Positions 1 to 10,977 of a stretch of DNA of 33,509 nucleotides are shown piece after piece. Origin of the DNA: Octopus bimaculoides (taxonomy: Eukaryota). The notes below the pieces were generated by a model. That model made no database searches, was not told the DNA's origin, and worked only from the letters and a program-made list of their open reading frames with translations. Where the stretch lies: positions 34,864,451 through 34,897,959 of the forward strand of contig NC_068986.1 of NCBI RefSeq assembly GCF_001194135.2. The letters run 5' to 3'. Position numbers and translations under genes: made by a program. Each line of letters starts with the position of its first letter. Positions within the stretch are counted from its first letter, which is position 1.

Positions 1-861
1 TTTGTTTCTCTATTCTGTAATCCTCCCTTCCCCCTCCCCCCCCGTCTCCAACCTTCAGAAAGAATATTGAGTAAAATAAACAAACAAATGAATGCTGGAG
101 TATATTGGCTGTGAAGAGTCTTTTGTTGGCTGAGGCAGTGTTAGTGAGCTTGATATGATGGAATACTTGTGGGAAAGTGGCACTGAACTGGCCATGACTC
201 ATTTGTTTTGTCATCAGACATCATAGCAGAGAGAAGTGTGATGACAGTTAAAACTGTAAAAACTGCAGTGTTTGTCTCCGTGTTCTGCTAATATTCTTCC
301 CTTCCTCTGACAGTCCACCACACAACCAAAATATATGACAATGCAATAGATATGGGAGGATGTAGCTCAAAGCTGAGAGGTTTTGCTTTCCGTTCTTCGT
401 TTTAAAAAAAAAAAAAAAGTTCTTCATTAAAATTTCAATGTTAAANNNNNNNNNNNNNNNNNNNNNNNNNNNNNNNNNNNNNNNNNNNNNNNNNNNNNNN
501 NNNNNNNNNNNNNNNNNNNNNNNNNNNNNNNNNNNNNNNNNNNNNNNNNNNNNNNNNNNNNNNNNNNNNNNNNNNNNNNNNNNNNNNNNNNNNNNNNNNN
601 NNNNNNNNNNNNNNNNNNNNNNNNNNNNNNNNNNNNNNNNNNNNNNNNNNNNNNNNNNNNNNNNNNNNNNNNNNNNNNNNNNNNNNNNNNNNNNNNNNNN
701 NNNNNNNNNNNNNNNNNNNNNNNNNNNNNNNNNNNNNNNNNNNNNNNNNNNNNNNNNNNNNNNNNNNNNNNNNNNNNNNNNNNNNNNNNNNNNNNNNNNN
801 NNNNNNNNNNNNNNNNNNNNNNNNNNNNNNNNNNNNNNNNNNNNNNNNNNNNNNNNNNNNN

Positions 862-1350
862 ATCCATCATGACTACCGTCTGATAAGGGTACACCAGGCA
901 CATGCATCACAACCATATGTGCGCGACATGGTGATCTCATATCAAGATAAACAGCGCATGACCTCGCAGGTGGGGCCCAGTTAGAATTTTGTTCAGGTCG
1001 AGTAGCCCATCCTGTTCAAAAGGTCCTCGAATAAGGGTTGTTTAAGGATGTTGAGCAAAACACCCATGTTTCCAAAGGTGAATTATTCAAACCCCAATGA
1101 ATTCCTCTCAACACATGGCTATAATGCTCCCCCACTACTTCTGCTTATGATCAGAGATGCACATCTCATCAGTCACCAAGGGACATGCTCAACTGGTTAA
1201 GGTTAATCAACTAACAAATAAATCTGTTGTATTGAGTAGAATATTTGCTGTAGCCCATCTTTTATACCAAGACTAAACAATGTACATGATAACACTTTCA
1301 ATCAGTTAAGATAGGAAGCCATGAAAGCCACTGCCTGATACTGCATCAGA
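862..1350. repeat. Probable unclassified interspersed repeat fragment
   Basis: Complex non-coding sequence; a 63-bp part recurs at 1355-1417. It resembles a repeat I recall from Octopus, which I cannot verify here. Confidence 0.35.
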
Positions 1351-1447
1351 ACATGGTGAATTATCCAAACCCTAAAGAATTCCTCTCAGCCCATGGCTGT
1401 GATGCTTTCCCACTACTACTATTATTATCATTATTATTTTTATTTAA

Positions 1448-1672
1448 GGCAGTGAGCTGGCAGAATCGTTAGTATGCTGGGTAAAATGCTTAGTGGTATG
1501 TCGTCTGCCACTACGTTCTGAATTCAAATCCCACCGAGGTCGACTTTGCCTTTCATCCTTTCGTGGTCGAGAAATTAAGTATCAGTGAAACACTGGGGGT
1601 TGATGTAATTGATTAGTCCCCTCCCCACAAATTTGAAGCCTTGCGCTTCCAGTAGAAAGTATTATTACTATT
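1448..1672 (+). mobile_element. SINE family A, full-length copy (tRNA-like head, conserved core, (ATT)n tail)
   Basis: A-box-like TGGCAGAATCG, B-box-like GAATTCAAATCCC, core GAGGTCGACTTTGCCTTTCATCC...AAGTAYCAGT, and an ATT tail. More than 15 related copies occur in the window. Confidence 0.85.
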
Positions 1673-1673
1673 A

Positions 1674-1785
1674 GGGCAATGAGCTGGTAGAATCATTAGC
1701 ATGCCGGGCAAAATGATTAGTGGCGTTTCGTTCATCTTCACATTCTGAAGTCAAATTCCGCCAAGGTCGATGAAATAAGTATAGT
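1674..1785 (+). mobile_element. SINE family A, truncated and internally deleted copy
   Basis: Head GAGCTGGTAGAATCATTAGC...CAAATTCCGCCAAGGTCGA. Confidence 0.75.
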
Positions 1786-1790
1786 TACAC

Positions 1791-1898
1791 ACTTTCCACT
1801 GGAAGCGCAAGGCTTCAAATTTATGGGGAGGGGACTAGTCGTTTACATCAACCACCCAGTGTTTCGCTGATACTTAATTTATCGACCACGAAAGGATG
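1791..1898 (-). mobile_element. SINE family A 3' fragment, inverted relative to 1554-1660
   Basis: Its reverse complement aligns with 1554-1660 with few mismatches. Confidence 0.85.
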
Positions 1899-2109
1899 GT
1901 GATTTAGAATACACTAAATTACCATCCTTTACTTTCTCCAATAAATGCCTAAATATTATTTTGCATTATTTCATGCTTTACCAAAAATTCAATAAACACT
2001 TCCATTCGCCTCTGTTTTATTACTAACACATTTATAATAAACTATATTACTGACACATTTGCTGTTGTGTATCATTATTCTCTCTATGTGTTAATGATTA
2101 TAATTGCAG

Positions 2110-2316
2110 GCAAAGACCTCCAGGTTATCCTATATCCTCAGGTGCCTTTTCTGGGCCTTATCCACCGTCATTAATCAACACATCCCCGTTAACACGATTT
2201 GGTCCACCCAGTCTTTTACCACCTCCAGGCTTACCGCATCCAGGAATACCCCATCCAGCAATTGTCACTGCAGGACCAAAACAGGAAGTGATGTCACATA
2301 GTCAAGATAATCATCG
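2110..2316 (+). CDS. TCF/LEF (pan): TCF/LEF internal coding exon, Pro-rich context-regulatory region: (R)QRPPGYPISSGAFSGPYPPSLINTSPLTRFGPPSLLPPPGLPHPGIPHPAIVTAGPKQEVMSHSQDNH(R)
   Basis: Acceptor ttgcAG at 2108-2109, donor GTaatt at 2317. Open frame from 2111, missed by the ORF track. It contains GIPHPAIV..KQE, the TCF/LEF motif just upstream of the HMG box. It is 207 nt and phase 2-2; terminal CG plus G31553 makes Arg, in frame with the next exon. Confidence 0.93.
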
Positions 2317-3478
2317 GTAATTAACAACTTATTGCTTTGTTTTTGTTTCTATTATCAATACTTGCCATTATAGGAGGGATAGTGGTGGTGATGGTGGTGG
2401 TGGTGGTGGTAGTAGTGTTAATAGCAGGTGTTGTTGTGTTGGCAGAAACGACAGTACCGTATCTGTCTGTCATTTTTATATATTTATTTCTCGTGTTTTC
2501 ATCCAAAATGGAGATGATCATGTGATTGACTTGAAAAGTTAAGATATTAAAATATTTTTCTTAACATGAAACTAATAGTAACCTTAATACACAAAATTTA
2601 TCCAATGCGGTGTTGAACACTCATTCTCATTGTTCGACATTTACGAATACACACACACACACACCGTATTTTTCAACACACAAGCCAACTAGTGTATAGC
2701 ATAAACAGTCAAATGTTGTCACTCTCTTTCCAAATCCTGCTGCATTTAATGTAGAACTTTTGGGCTGAAATATTCAACTTGTATACCAGAAGATACGATA
2801 TATATGTGTGTGATGCAGTAATTACTGACTACTGATTATCTTCTGATGTCGAATTCTGCCGGGAGTTGATTTTTTTTTTTTTTCTGCCTTTCATCCGACT
2901 GAAATTGGCAAACCTGTCCCAGTATTGTCAATGTTGTCCAGTAGTTAGGTGAAGTGGAGGTTTTACTGAATCCCCGACACCTTCACACAAAATCTGCAAA
3001 AGAAATATCTGACGGGAAAACGACACATGCTTTTGTTCGTTAAGAGGATCCTGGATCTGTGAGGTTTCTTAATTGGCCTTAATTAGGGAAGGTTTACCCT
3101 TTATTGGGGGGATTGCATCTATCATCACTGTATGCTTTTATATAAGTGTGTGTGTGTNNNNNNNNNNNNNNNNNNNNNNNNNNNNNNNNNNNNNNNNNNN
3201 NNNNNNNNNNNNNNNNNNNNNNNNNNNNNNNNNNNNNNNNNNNNNNNNNNNNNNNNNNNNNNNNNNNNNNNNNNNNNNNNNNNNNNNNNNNNNNNNNNNN
3301 NNNNNNNNNNNNNNNNNNNNNNNNNNNNNNNNNNNNNNNNNNNNNNNNNNNNNNNNNNNNNNNNNNNNNNNNNNNNNNNNNNNNNNNNNNNNNNNNNNNN
3401 NNNNNNNNNNNNNNNNNNNNNNNNNNNNNNNNNNNNNNNNNNNNNNNNNNNNNNNNNNNNNNNNNNNNNNNNNNNNNN

Positions 3479-3674
3479 ACGTTAAGTACGCCGGGCAAAA
3501 TGCTTAGCGGCATTTCGTCTGTTTTTACATTCCGAGTTCAAATTCCGCTGAGGTCAACTTTGCCTTTCATCCATTCAGGGGTCGATAAATTAAATACCAG
3601 TTGCGTACTAGAGTCAATCTAATCGACTGCTCCCCTTCCCCAAAATTTCGGGCCTTGTACCTAGAGTAGAAAAA

Positions 3675-3705
<31 letters not shown>

Positions 3706-4130
3706 GACAGATTCGTTAGCTTGGCAGCATGTCCTCCGTCTTTACGTTCTGAGTTCAAATGCTGCCGAGGTCAGCTTCGCCTTTGATCCCTTACATGGTC
3801 GATAAAACAAGCACCAGTTAAGTATTGTTGTTGGCCTAATCGACTAGCTCTATTCATCATCATTATCATCCATATTATCATCTTAGAGCAGTAGCGGGGC
3901 AAAAATCACTAGAATAACGAGCTTAGTGTTTTCGTTTGTTTAGTTCTGTTTCTTTATAACATTCTGAGGAGTACAGATGCCACAAACGTCGGTTTTTTGC
4001 ATTTTTGTCTTCGAGAGTCGATGAAGTATGTACTTGCATCATTTTAATCGACTACAGACATCTTTTCACCAAAGGTATAGCCTCGTACCAAATTTACAAA
4101 TTATCATTATTATTATTATTATTATTATTA
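3479..4130 (+). mobile_element. Three tandem family A copies (about 3479-3704, 3705-3850 and a degenerate 3890-4130)
   Basis: Repeated GAGTTCAAAT.C.GC.GAGGTCA.CTT.GCCTTT.ATCC core with (ATT)n tails. Confidence 0.75.
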
Positions 4131-5548
4131 TTACCTTAAAAGCACATTCTTTTGAAGAAATACGGGAAAGAAAATATCAACGTAACTTAAAATAGTTATT
4201 GACTTTAGGAGCACCATACGAAGGGCAATAACTCACAATCGAGTAACGATAGTAATCTCCCTTGGTTAAAATTTTTTTAATTTTATTTCTGAGCAGATTA
4301 TTTTGTTTTTTATTTTTATTTTTATTAAAAAAAAAAAAAGAAATTACATCAGCTTTCTCTGGAAGATCTTCCTTATGAAATAAATGTCCCATGATTTAAC
4401 CATAAGTTCTGCCCTTGAAATATCGCCATTTCACTGTTAATTATTCAGGTTATGAAACTGTTTTCGGAACATATATATACTCGGTTTCCCCCGTCTCAAT
4501 AATTACGTTTTCTGCCCAATTTTTCAATTAATCCTATGCGGTACATATTCATCGTGTGTGTGTGTGGTNNNNNNNNNNNNNNNNNNNNNNNNNNNNNNNN
4601 NNNNNNNNNNNNNNNNNNNNNNNNNNNNNNNNNNNNNNNNNNNNNNNNNNNNNNNNNNNNNNNNNNNNNNNNNNNNNNNNNNNNNNNNNNNNNNNNNNNN
4701 NNNNNNNNNNNNNNNNNNNNNNNNNNNNNNNNNNNNNNNNNNNNNNNNNNNNNNNNNNNNNNNNNNNNNNNNNNNNNNNNNNNNNNNNNNNNNNNNNNNN
4801 NNNNNNNNNNNNNNNNNNNNNNNNNNNNNNNNNNNNNNNNNNNNNNNNNNNNNNNNNNNNNNNNNNNNNNNNNNNNNNNNNNNNNNNNNNNNNNNNNNNN
4901 NNNNNNNNNNNNNNNNNNNNNNNNNNNNNNNNNNNNNNNNNNNNNNNNNNNNNNNNNNNNNNNNNNNNNNNNNNNNNNNNNNNNNNNNNNNNNNNNNNNN
5001 NNNNNNNNNNNNNNNNNNNNNNNNNNNNNNNNNNNNNNNNNNNNNNNNNNNNNNNNNNNNNNNNNNNNNNNNNNNNNNNNNNNNNNNNNNNNNNNNNNNN
5101 NNNNNNNNNNNNNNNNNNNNNNNNNNNNNNNNNNNNNNNNNNNNNNNNNNNNNNNNNNNNNNNNNNNNNNNNNNNNNNNNNNNNNNNNNNNNNNCTCCCT
5201 CTTCATTTATCATGTCTTTTTCTCTTATATATTCACACACATACACTCACTCTGTTCAAGTTAAGTCCTTGGTGTTATGAGGTGACAGAAAAGTGTGCGA
5301 GATTTGCATTATTTATTTTGAATTTTAGAAATATAACAACATTTTGTTTTTACTATAATTTCTGCACTTTCATTGACGTAAATAAAAAAAAAAGAAAGAT
5401 ATACTGTGTGGTTTGCTGTAAATAAACAAAATATGGGTGAGGCCCACTGCAGTGCTTAGCTATAAAGAAGGGAGGTCTCTAATGCTGTTAAGATGGCCTT
5501 GAATGTTAGTGATTAAAAATGACATCCACTATGTAGGACAGTAAAGAC

Positions 5549-5690
5549 GGTGAGTTGGTGGTGGTGTTATGAGTGTTGGTTAGAATATCTATTGACATTT
5601 GTTCCAAGGCACTTGAGTTCAAGTCTCGCTGAGGTCAACTTTGCCTTTCGTCTGTCTTGGTTCAATATCAATCCAGTATAGCAGTTCGGC
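5549..5690 (+). mobile_element. Degenerate family A copy
   Basis: GAGTTCAAGTCTCGCTGAGGTCAACTTTGCCTTTC core. Confidence 0.6.
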
Positions 5691-5745
5691 ATAAGTGTAA
5701 GAACATCAGATCTTATGCCTCGTGGTATTTATAAATTCAATTCAA

Positions 5746-5939
5746 CCCTGTTGTTACCGTATTTCTGTTGAGATGCTCTGTGTTTCTTTCAGTTAATTTT
5801 AAATATAGCAAAAAAGCTAGCGTTAGGAGCATAAATTGTGACGAAGGTTTGGTGGGAGATTTTAATTCAGAACTTATGTAAACAAGACATTTGTATTACG
5901 GAGCCAGAAGCAGTTTCAGGCGGGTTGGTATCAAAAGGG
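5746..5939. mobile_element. piggyBac-type non-autonomous element (MITE)
   Basis: Ends CCC...GGG with imperfect inverted termini (ccctgttgttacc / ggtatcaaaaggg), flanked by TCAA (5742-5745) and TTAA (5940-5943). TTAA targets with CCC/GGG ends are the piggyBac signature. Confidence 0.65.
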
Positions 5940-6073
5940 TTAAATCAACAAAATTTAGTATTAGTTGTTATTTTATCAATCAAAAAGTATTGATCAGCAA
6001 AATCAACCCTGGTGGGAATTGAAATCAAAACTGAATTATAACCAGACTTAGTTATCTGCTATGCCTAGCCAGC

Positions 6074-6270
6074 AAGGGAGCCTCTACATGGTCCCTTGGT
6101 CTAATAGGAATAGCAGCCAAAGTTTTAGGAAATATTTGATAATGTAGTTCACTCTGTGAAGAAGAAAGAAAGAAAAAAACAATGACAGGATGGTCATAGT
6201 TGGAACGTCTTTGATCATGGATCTGTTTGCCTGAGCTGGCCTGGAGTTTACTATTGGTTATGAGGATGAT
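6074..6270 (+). mobile_element. Repeat family C (SINE-like; ...AAATAGCAGCCAAA...GATAATGTAG...CTTTGATCATGG...)
   Basis: Colinear with the reverse complement of 29625-29825. Fragments also at about 9405-9490, 11805-11885, 16500-16580, 19872-19990, 23480-23560 (-) and 31125-31205 (-). Confidence 0.6.
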
Positions 6271-6331
6271 GATGATGAGTTTTTTTTTATATTGGCAGCG
6301 GGACATGAAAGGAATGGTAGTATTGTTGATT

Positions 6332-6368
<37 letters not shown>

Positions 6369-6392
6369 TTATCCACAACAATAATAGTTGTT

Positions 6393-6426
<34 letters not shown>

Positions 6427-6427
<1 letters not shown>

Positions 6428-6648
6428 CCCTTCTACTAAAAGCACAAAGCCTGAAATTTGTGGGAAGGGACTAGTCAATTATATTGACCCCAGTGTTTCA
6501 CTGGTACTTAATTTATTGACCCTCAAAGGATGAAAGGCAAAGTCAACCTCAGTAGAATTTGAACTCAGAATGTATCGACAGGCGAAATACCACTAGTCAT
6601 TTCGCCCAGTATGCCAATGGTTCCACCAGCTCACCACCTTGGTAGTAA

Positions 6649-6683
<35 letters not shown>

Positions 6684-6926
6684 ATAGTAGTAGTAGTAGT
6701 AGTAGTAGTAGTCCTTTCAACTATAGGCACAAGGCCTGAAATTTGGGGAAAAGGATTAAGTTGATTACATCAACCCCAGTGCGTAACTGGTACTTATTTA
6801 ATTGACCTTGGAAAGATGAAAGGCAAAGCTGACCTCGGCAGAATTTGAACTCAGAACGCAGCAACAGGTGAAATACTGCTAAGCATTTCATCCAGCGTGC
6901 CAACGATTCTGCCAGCTCACTGCCTT
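6427..6926 (-). mobile_element. Two full-length family A copies (6427-6640, 6712-6926) separated by (TAG)n and flanked by (AAT)n
   Basis: Reverse complement of the family A head, core and tail in both copies. Confidence 0.85.
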
Positions 6927-6945
6927 TCTAATGATGATGATGATG

Positions 6946-6992
<47 letters not shown>

Positions 6993-7754
6993 TATTACAA
7001 CAACAATACCTATATTTACATTTAGATACATCATTCGTTTTATACAGATACATACACATGCACACAGGCAGATACATAAGCGCGTAAACACACACAAACA
7101 TACACACACACCTAAATGGAGATTATTTTAACAAAGATTATTTATTTCTTAAATAGAGATGCCATTTTTCCAGAATTAGCCAGAAATCCAGAATTTTATG
7201 AATTCTGGAGAAAATCAGCTTCATATTATGGGTGAGCATGAATCTTTTTGAACTACTTCCACTTCATCCAGTGTTGGCATTGTACACCACCACACCCAAA
7301 ATAACACACTTGAAAAGCTAACAAAATCAGTTTTGTTAACCTTCACCTCCCAATTATTTGTAGCTCTGACCGGCTTAGCAGTTTGCGTAGGGGTCATTTG
7401 ACTAGTTATTTTACCTTGTTTAATTTTGTTTAATTATTAAAATTTTTTTTTTTTTTTTGCTCAACCCCCTCCTTCCGCTGTTTCCTCAGCATGAACTCAA
7501 CTGATTAATTATGCAAAATTAATTATGATTAATTATGAATATTTAAAATACACCATTAAAAGTGGCATCTCTTCTAAGATTTTGAAAATATTTAGTAATG
7601 TTTGAGTTATTTTCTCTGTCTTGGTTTTGCTTTATTTCTCTCCCCCCATCCAATCTTGTTTCATTTTATCAGTGTTACTAATATTATTAGTTAACCTCTC
7701 CCTATTAGGGTTGATTAACCCATAATATAAAAAAAAAATTTCTTTGAATGTTCA

Positions 7755-8114
7755 TCTTTTATCTTTTACTTGTTTCAGTCATTGGACTACAGCCATGCTG
7801 GGTCACTGCCTTGAAGGGCTTTTAGTCAAGCAGATCAACCCCAGTACTTATTTATTAAGTGATATTTCTGTTAGTTTCTTTTGCTGAACTGTTAAGTTAC
7901 ATGGGCTTAAACAACTTAGCACTAGTGGGGGACGAAGACATGCATACACATACACGCGCATGTACGACATGTTTCTTTCAGTTTTTATCTACTAAATCCA
8001 ATCACAAGGCTTTTGGTCAGCCTAAGGCTATTGTAGAATATACTTTGCCCAATGTACCATGCAGTGAGACTGAACCCGGAACCATGTGGTTGGTACCGCA
8101 CAGCCATGCCTGCA
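7755..8114 (-). mobile_element. SINE family B, full length (tRNA-like head, internal microsatellite, 3' domain ending GAAACAAGTAAAAGA)
   Basis: Its reverse complement is colinear with 9500-9899 and 12507-12895; B-box-like GGTTCAGTC. Confidence 0.8.
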
Positions 8115-9120
8115 TCTATGTAGAGAGAATCTTTGCATAACAGAATGAGAGTTAACTCATAGCAATCTTTATTTTAAAGCTGTAGTTTACTTAGATTCTG
8201 ACTAAGGAAGCAAACTGGATTACAGATTACAGAAGCTGAAAAAATCTCAATTTTTAGCATTGTACAAAATATTAAAACTCATATATTCCTAAGTTTGCAT
8301 ATCCAAATAAGTTTCATATTCAAATTTACAAGCTTTGAATATATAAACTTATTCAGATTTAAATTATATTCAAATTCGAATAAGTTTATATTCAAGGTTT
8401 GCAAATTTAAATATCAACTTATTCAAATTTGCAAATGTTTATTAACTGCTTTTTGCTGAAGTAATCCACTGCTGGTTTCCTTTCCTTGAATGTAGGTTTG
8501 ATCTGATGACTATTCGTTTTAAAGTAAAATTAATAGGAAATTAAGGAGTTTGCTGTTAGGTTTTTACTTCATTTTATTCTTTATTTTTATAGAAAGCACT
8601 TAACATAAAGGAACATTGCGATTTAGGTGGATGTCAAAGTAAAGCTTTTAGCTGAAATGAAAATATGATTGAAATAGAGACAGGTTGAATCCAATTACAG
8701 TAATAGAGGTGGAAATGCCTCACTGAGGTCTCTGCCGAATCAACAGAGCATAAATTCATTACACTTTAGGGATCACTTTACAGCTTTATTTAAAACTGGA
8801 TATCTATCAAATCTATCTATCATGGTTGTCATGAACCAACATTGAAGCTGCTTGCCTCTGCAGTAAGTGTGGAGAACCAAGTGCCTTCTGGTGGAATTTT
8901 GCTGCATTCGAAATTGAAACTGCACACCACATTGCTGAAATTTAAACTGGGGGAAAAAAAAGGGGGATGCAAAGTTAAGCCTTAATACCCCAACTTTATA
9001 ATTCAACATTATAAGTTTGTGTACTTATGAATTTGCAAAATAAAAAGAGCCATTTATTACTATTCTTTGTATGGATGTGTTTCCAGAGTTCTTATGTACC
9101 TTTAACATGTCCTTGGCAAT

Positions 9121-9340
9121 AAGGCTGTGAGCTGGCAGAACTGTTTAGCATGCTGGATAAGATGCTTAACAGCATTTCATTAATCTTAACGTTCTGAGTT
9201 CAAATTCCACTGGAGTCAGCTTTGCCTTTTTATCCTCTTGGGTTTGATAGAATAAGTAGCAGTCCAACACTGGAATTGATGTAATCAACTTGCCCCCTCT
9301 CCCTGAATTACTGGCCCTGTGCCAAAATTTGAAGACCAAT
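9121..9340 (+). mobile_element. SINE family A, full-length copy
   Basis: GGCTGTGAGCTGGCAGAA head, GAGTTCAAATTCC B-box-like motif and core. Confidence 0.8.
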
Positions 9341-9499
9341 ATGTCCTTGGTCCTAAAAATAGTTTACCCCCACCCCCACCCTGCTCTCTGGTTGCTTAAC
9401 CTGCTTATAATAGTAGCTAAATGTCCTTCACCTAATATTATACTTACTGCTTTGGGGAAAGAGATGGCACACTAGGTAATGTAGTCCTTTATGGGCATA

Positions 9500-9899
9500 G
9501 GCATGGCTGTGTGGTTAAGAAGTTCATTTCACAATAATGTGGTTTGGGGTTCAGTCCCACTGCCAAGGCATCCTGTGAAAGTGTTTTATATCCCTTAGCT
9601 GACTGAAGATTTGTGAGTGAATTTGGTTGATGGAAACTAAGTGGAAGCCTATTGTATGCATATATATGTGTGTGTGTATGCTTGTATTTCTTCCTCCACC
9701 ACTTGATAATTGTTAGTTTGTTTATATCCCTGTAACATTAGCAGTTTGGTGCAAGAGACTGATAGAATATGTGTCAGACATTAAAAAAAAATAAAACATT
9801 TAAGAAAAAAGATCTGGGCTCTGTTTGTTTGAGTAAAACCTTTTGAGGTGGTACCCCAGCATGGCCACGGTTCAATGACTGAAACATGTAAAAAGAAAA
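9500..9899 (+). mobile_element. SINE family B, full length
   Basis: GGCATGGCTGTGTGGTTAAGAAG head, GGTTCAGTCCCACT, internal (TG)n, 3' CCAGCATGGCCACGG...GAAACATGTAAAA. Confidence 0.8.
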
Positions 9900-10429
9900 C
9901 NNNNNNNNNNNNNNNNNNNNNNNNNNNNNNNNNNNNNNNNNNNNNNNNNNNNNNNNNNNNNNNNNNNNNNNNNNNNNNNNNNNNNNNNNNNNNNNNNNNN
10001 NNNNNNNNNNNNNNNNNNNNNNNNNNNNNNNNNNNNNNNNNNNNNNNNNNNNNNNNNNNNNNNNNNNNNNNNNNNNNNNNNNNNNNNNNNNNNNNNNNNN
10101 NNNNNNNNNNNNNNNNNNNNNNNNNNNNNNNNNNNNNNNNNNNNNNNNNNNNNNNNNNNNNNNNNNNNNNNNNNNNNNNNNNNNNNNNNNNNNNNNNNNN
10201 NNNNNNNNNNNNNNNNNNNNNNNNNNNNNNNNNNNNNNNNNNNNNNNNNNNNNNNNNNNNNNNNNNNNNNNNNNNNNNNNNNNNNNNNNNNNNNNNNNNN
10301 NNNNNNNNNNNNNNNNNNNNNNNNNNNNNNNNNNNNNNNNNNNNNNNNNNNNNNNNNNNNNNNNNNNNNNNNNNNNNNNNNNNNNNNNNNNNNNNNNNNN
10401 NNNNNNNNNNNNNNNNNNACACACACACA

Positions 10430-10612
10430 CATACATACATATATATATATACATATATACAACAGGCTTCTTTCAGTTTCTGTCTACCAAATCCACTCAC
10501 AAGGCTTCGGTCAGCCCGAGGCTATAGTAGAAGACACTTGCCCAAGGTGCTACGCAGTGGGACTGAACCCAGAACCATGTGGTTGGTAAGCAAGCTACTT
10601 ACCACACAGCCA
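10430..10612 (-). mobile_element. SINE family B 5' half (remainder probably in the gap)
   Basis: Reverse complement reads GTGGCTGTGTGGTAAG...GGTTCAGTCCCACTGCG...GAAACTGAAAGAAGCCTG. Confidence 0.85.
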
Positions 10613-10977
10613 CTCGTAAATAATCACTGCACTGGTTCCCTCCAGTTTGAAGCAGGTTGTCTGTGACTCTCCATATTTTGGAGCTGGAGATGACCAGTTC
10701 CTGTCTGCCATGCAGTTCCAATGAGCAAAAATGTAGAGGCAAGGGGTAGGGTTAGCAAATTAGTTTTAATTAAGTCTGAATGCAGCCTGTGAGGTTGTTT
10801 GAACTAAAAAGTTGAAAGAACTGGAGAGAGAGAGACTTATGCCTCACGAGATACTTCTCATCCATGCTGATGAATAATTAATATTTGTAGTTAATTTATG
10901 TTCTAATTATATTTGACATCTCATCTCAGGGGTCTCATGTCTAATAAATAAATAAAAATAATATTTCTATTATTAGA

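Noticed and set aside
23-118. Pyrimidine tract plus ttcAG at 57-58 as a possible upstream exon acceptor
   Set aside because: All three frames close within about 60 nt, with no TCF-like peptide or strong donor.
7140-7640. Possible DNA-transposon remnant (TCCAGAATT hairpin at 7187-7209; triple TTAATTATG near 7505-7535)
   Set aside because: No terminal repeats, target duplication or coding remnant could be defined.
8770-8862. Possible 93-nt poison cassette exon (tttAG at 8768-8769, GTAAGT at 8863, in-frame TGA at 8843)
   Set aside because: Poor polypyrimidine tract; such site pairs are expected by chance in 29 kb. It would need junction reads.
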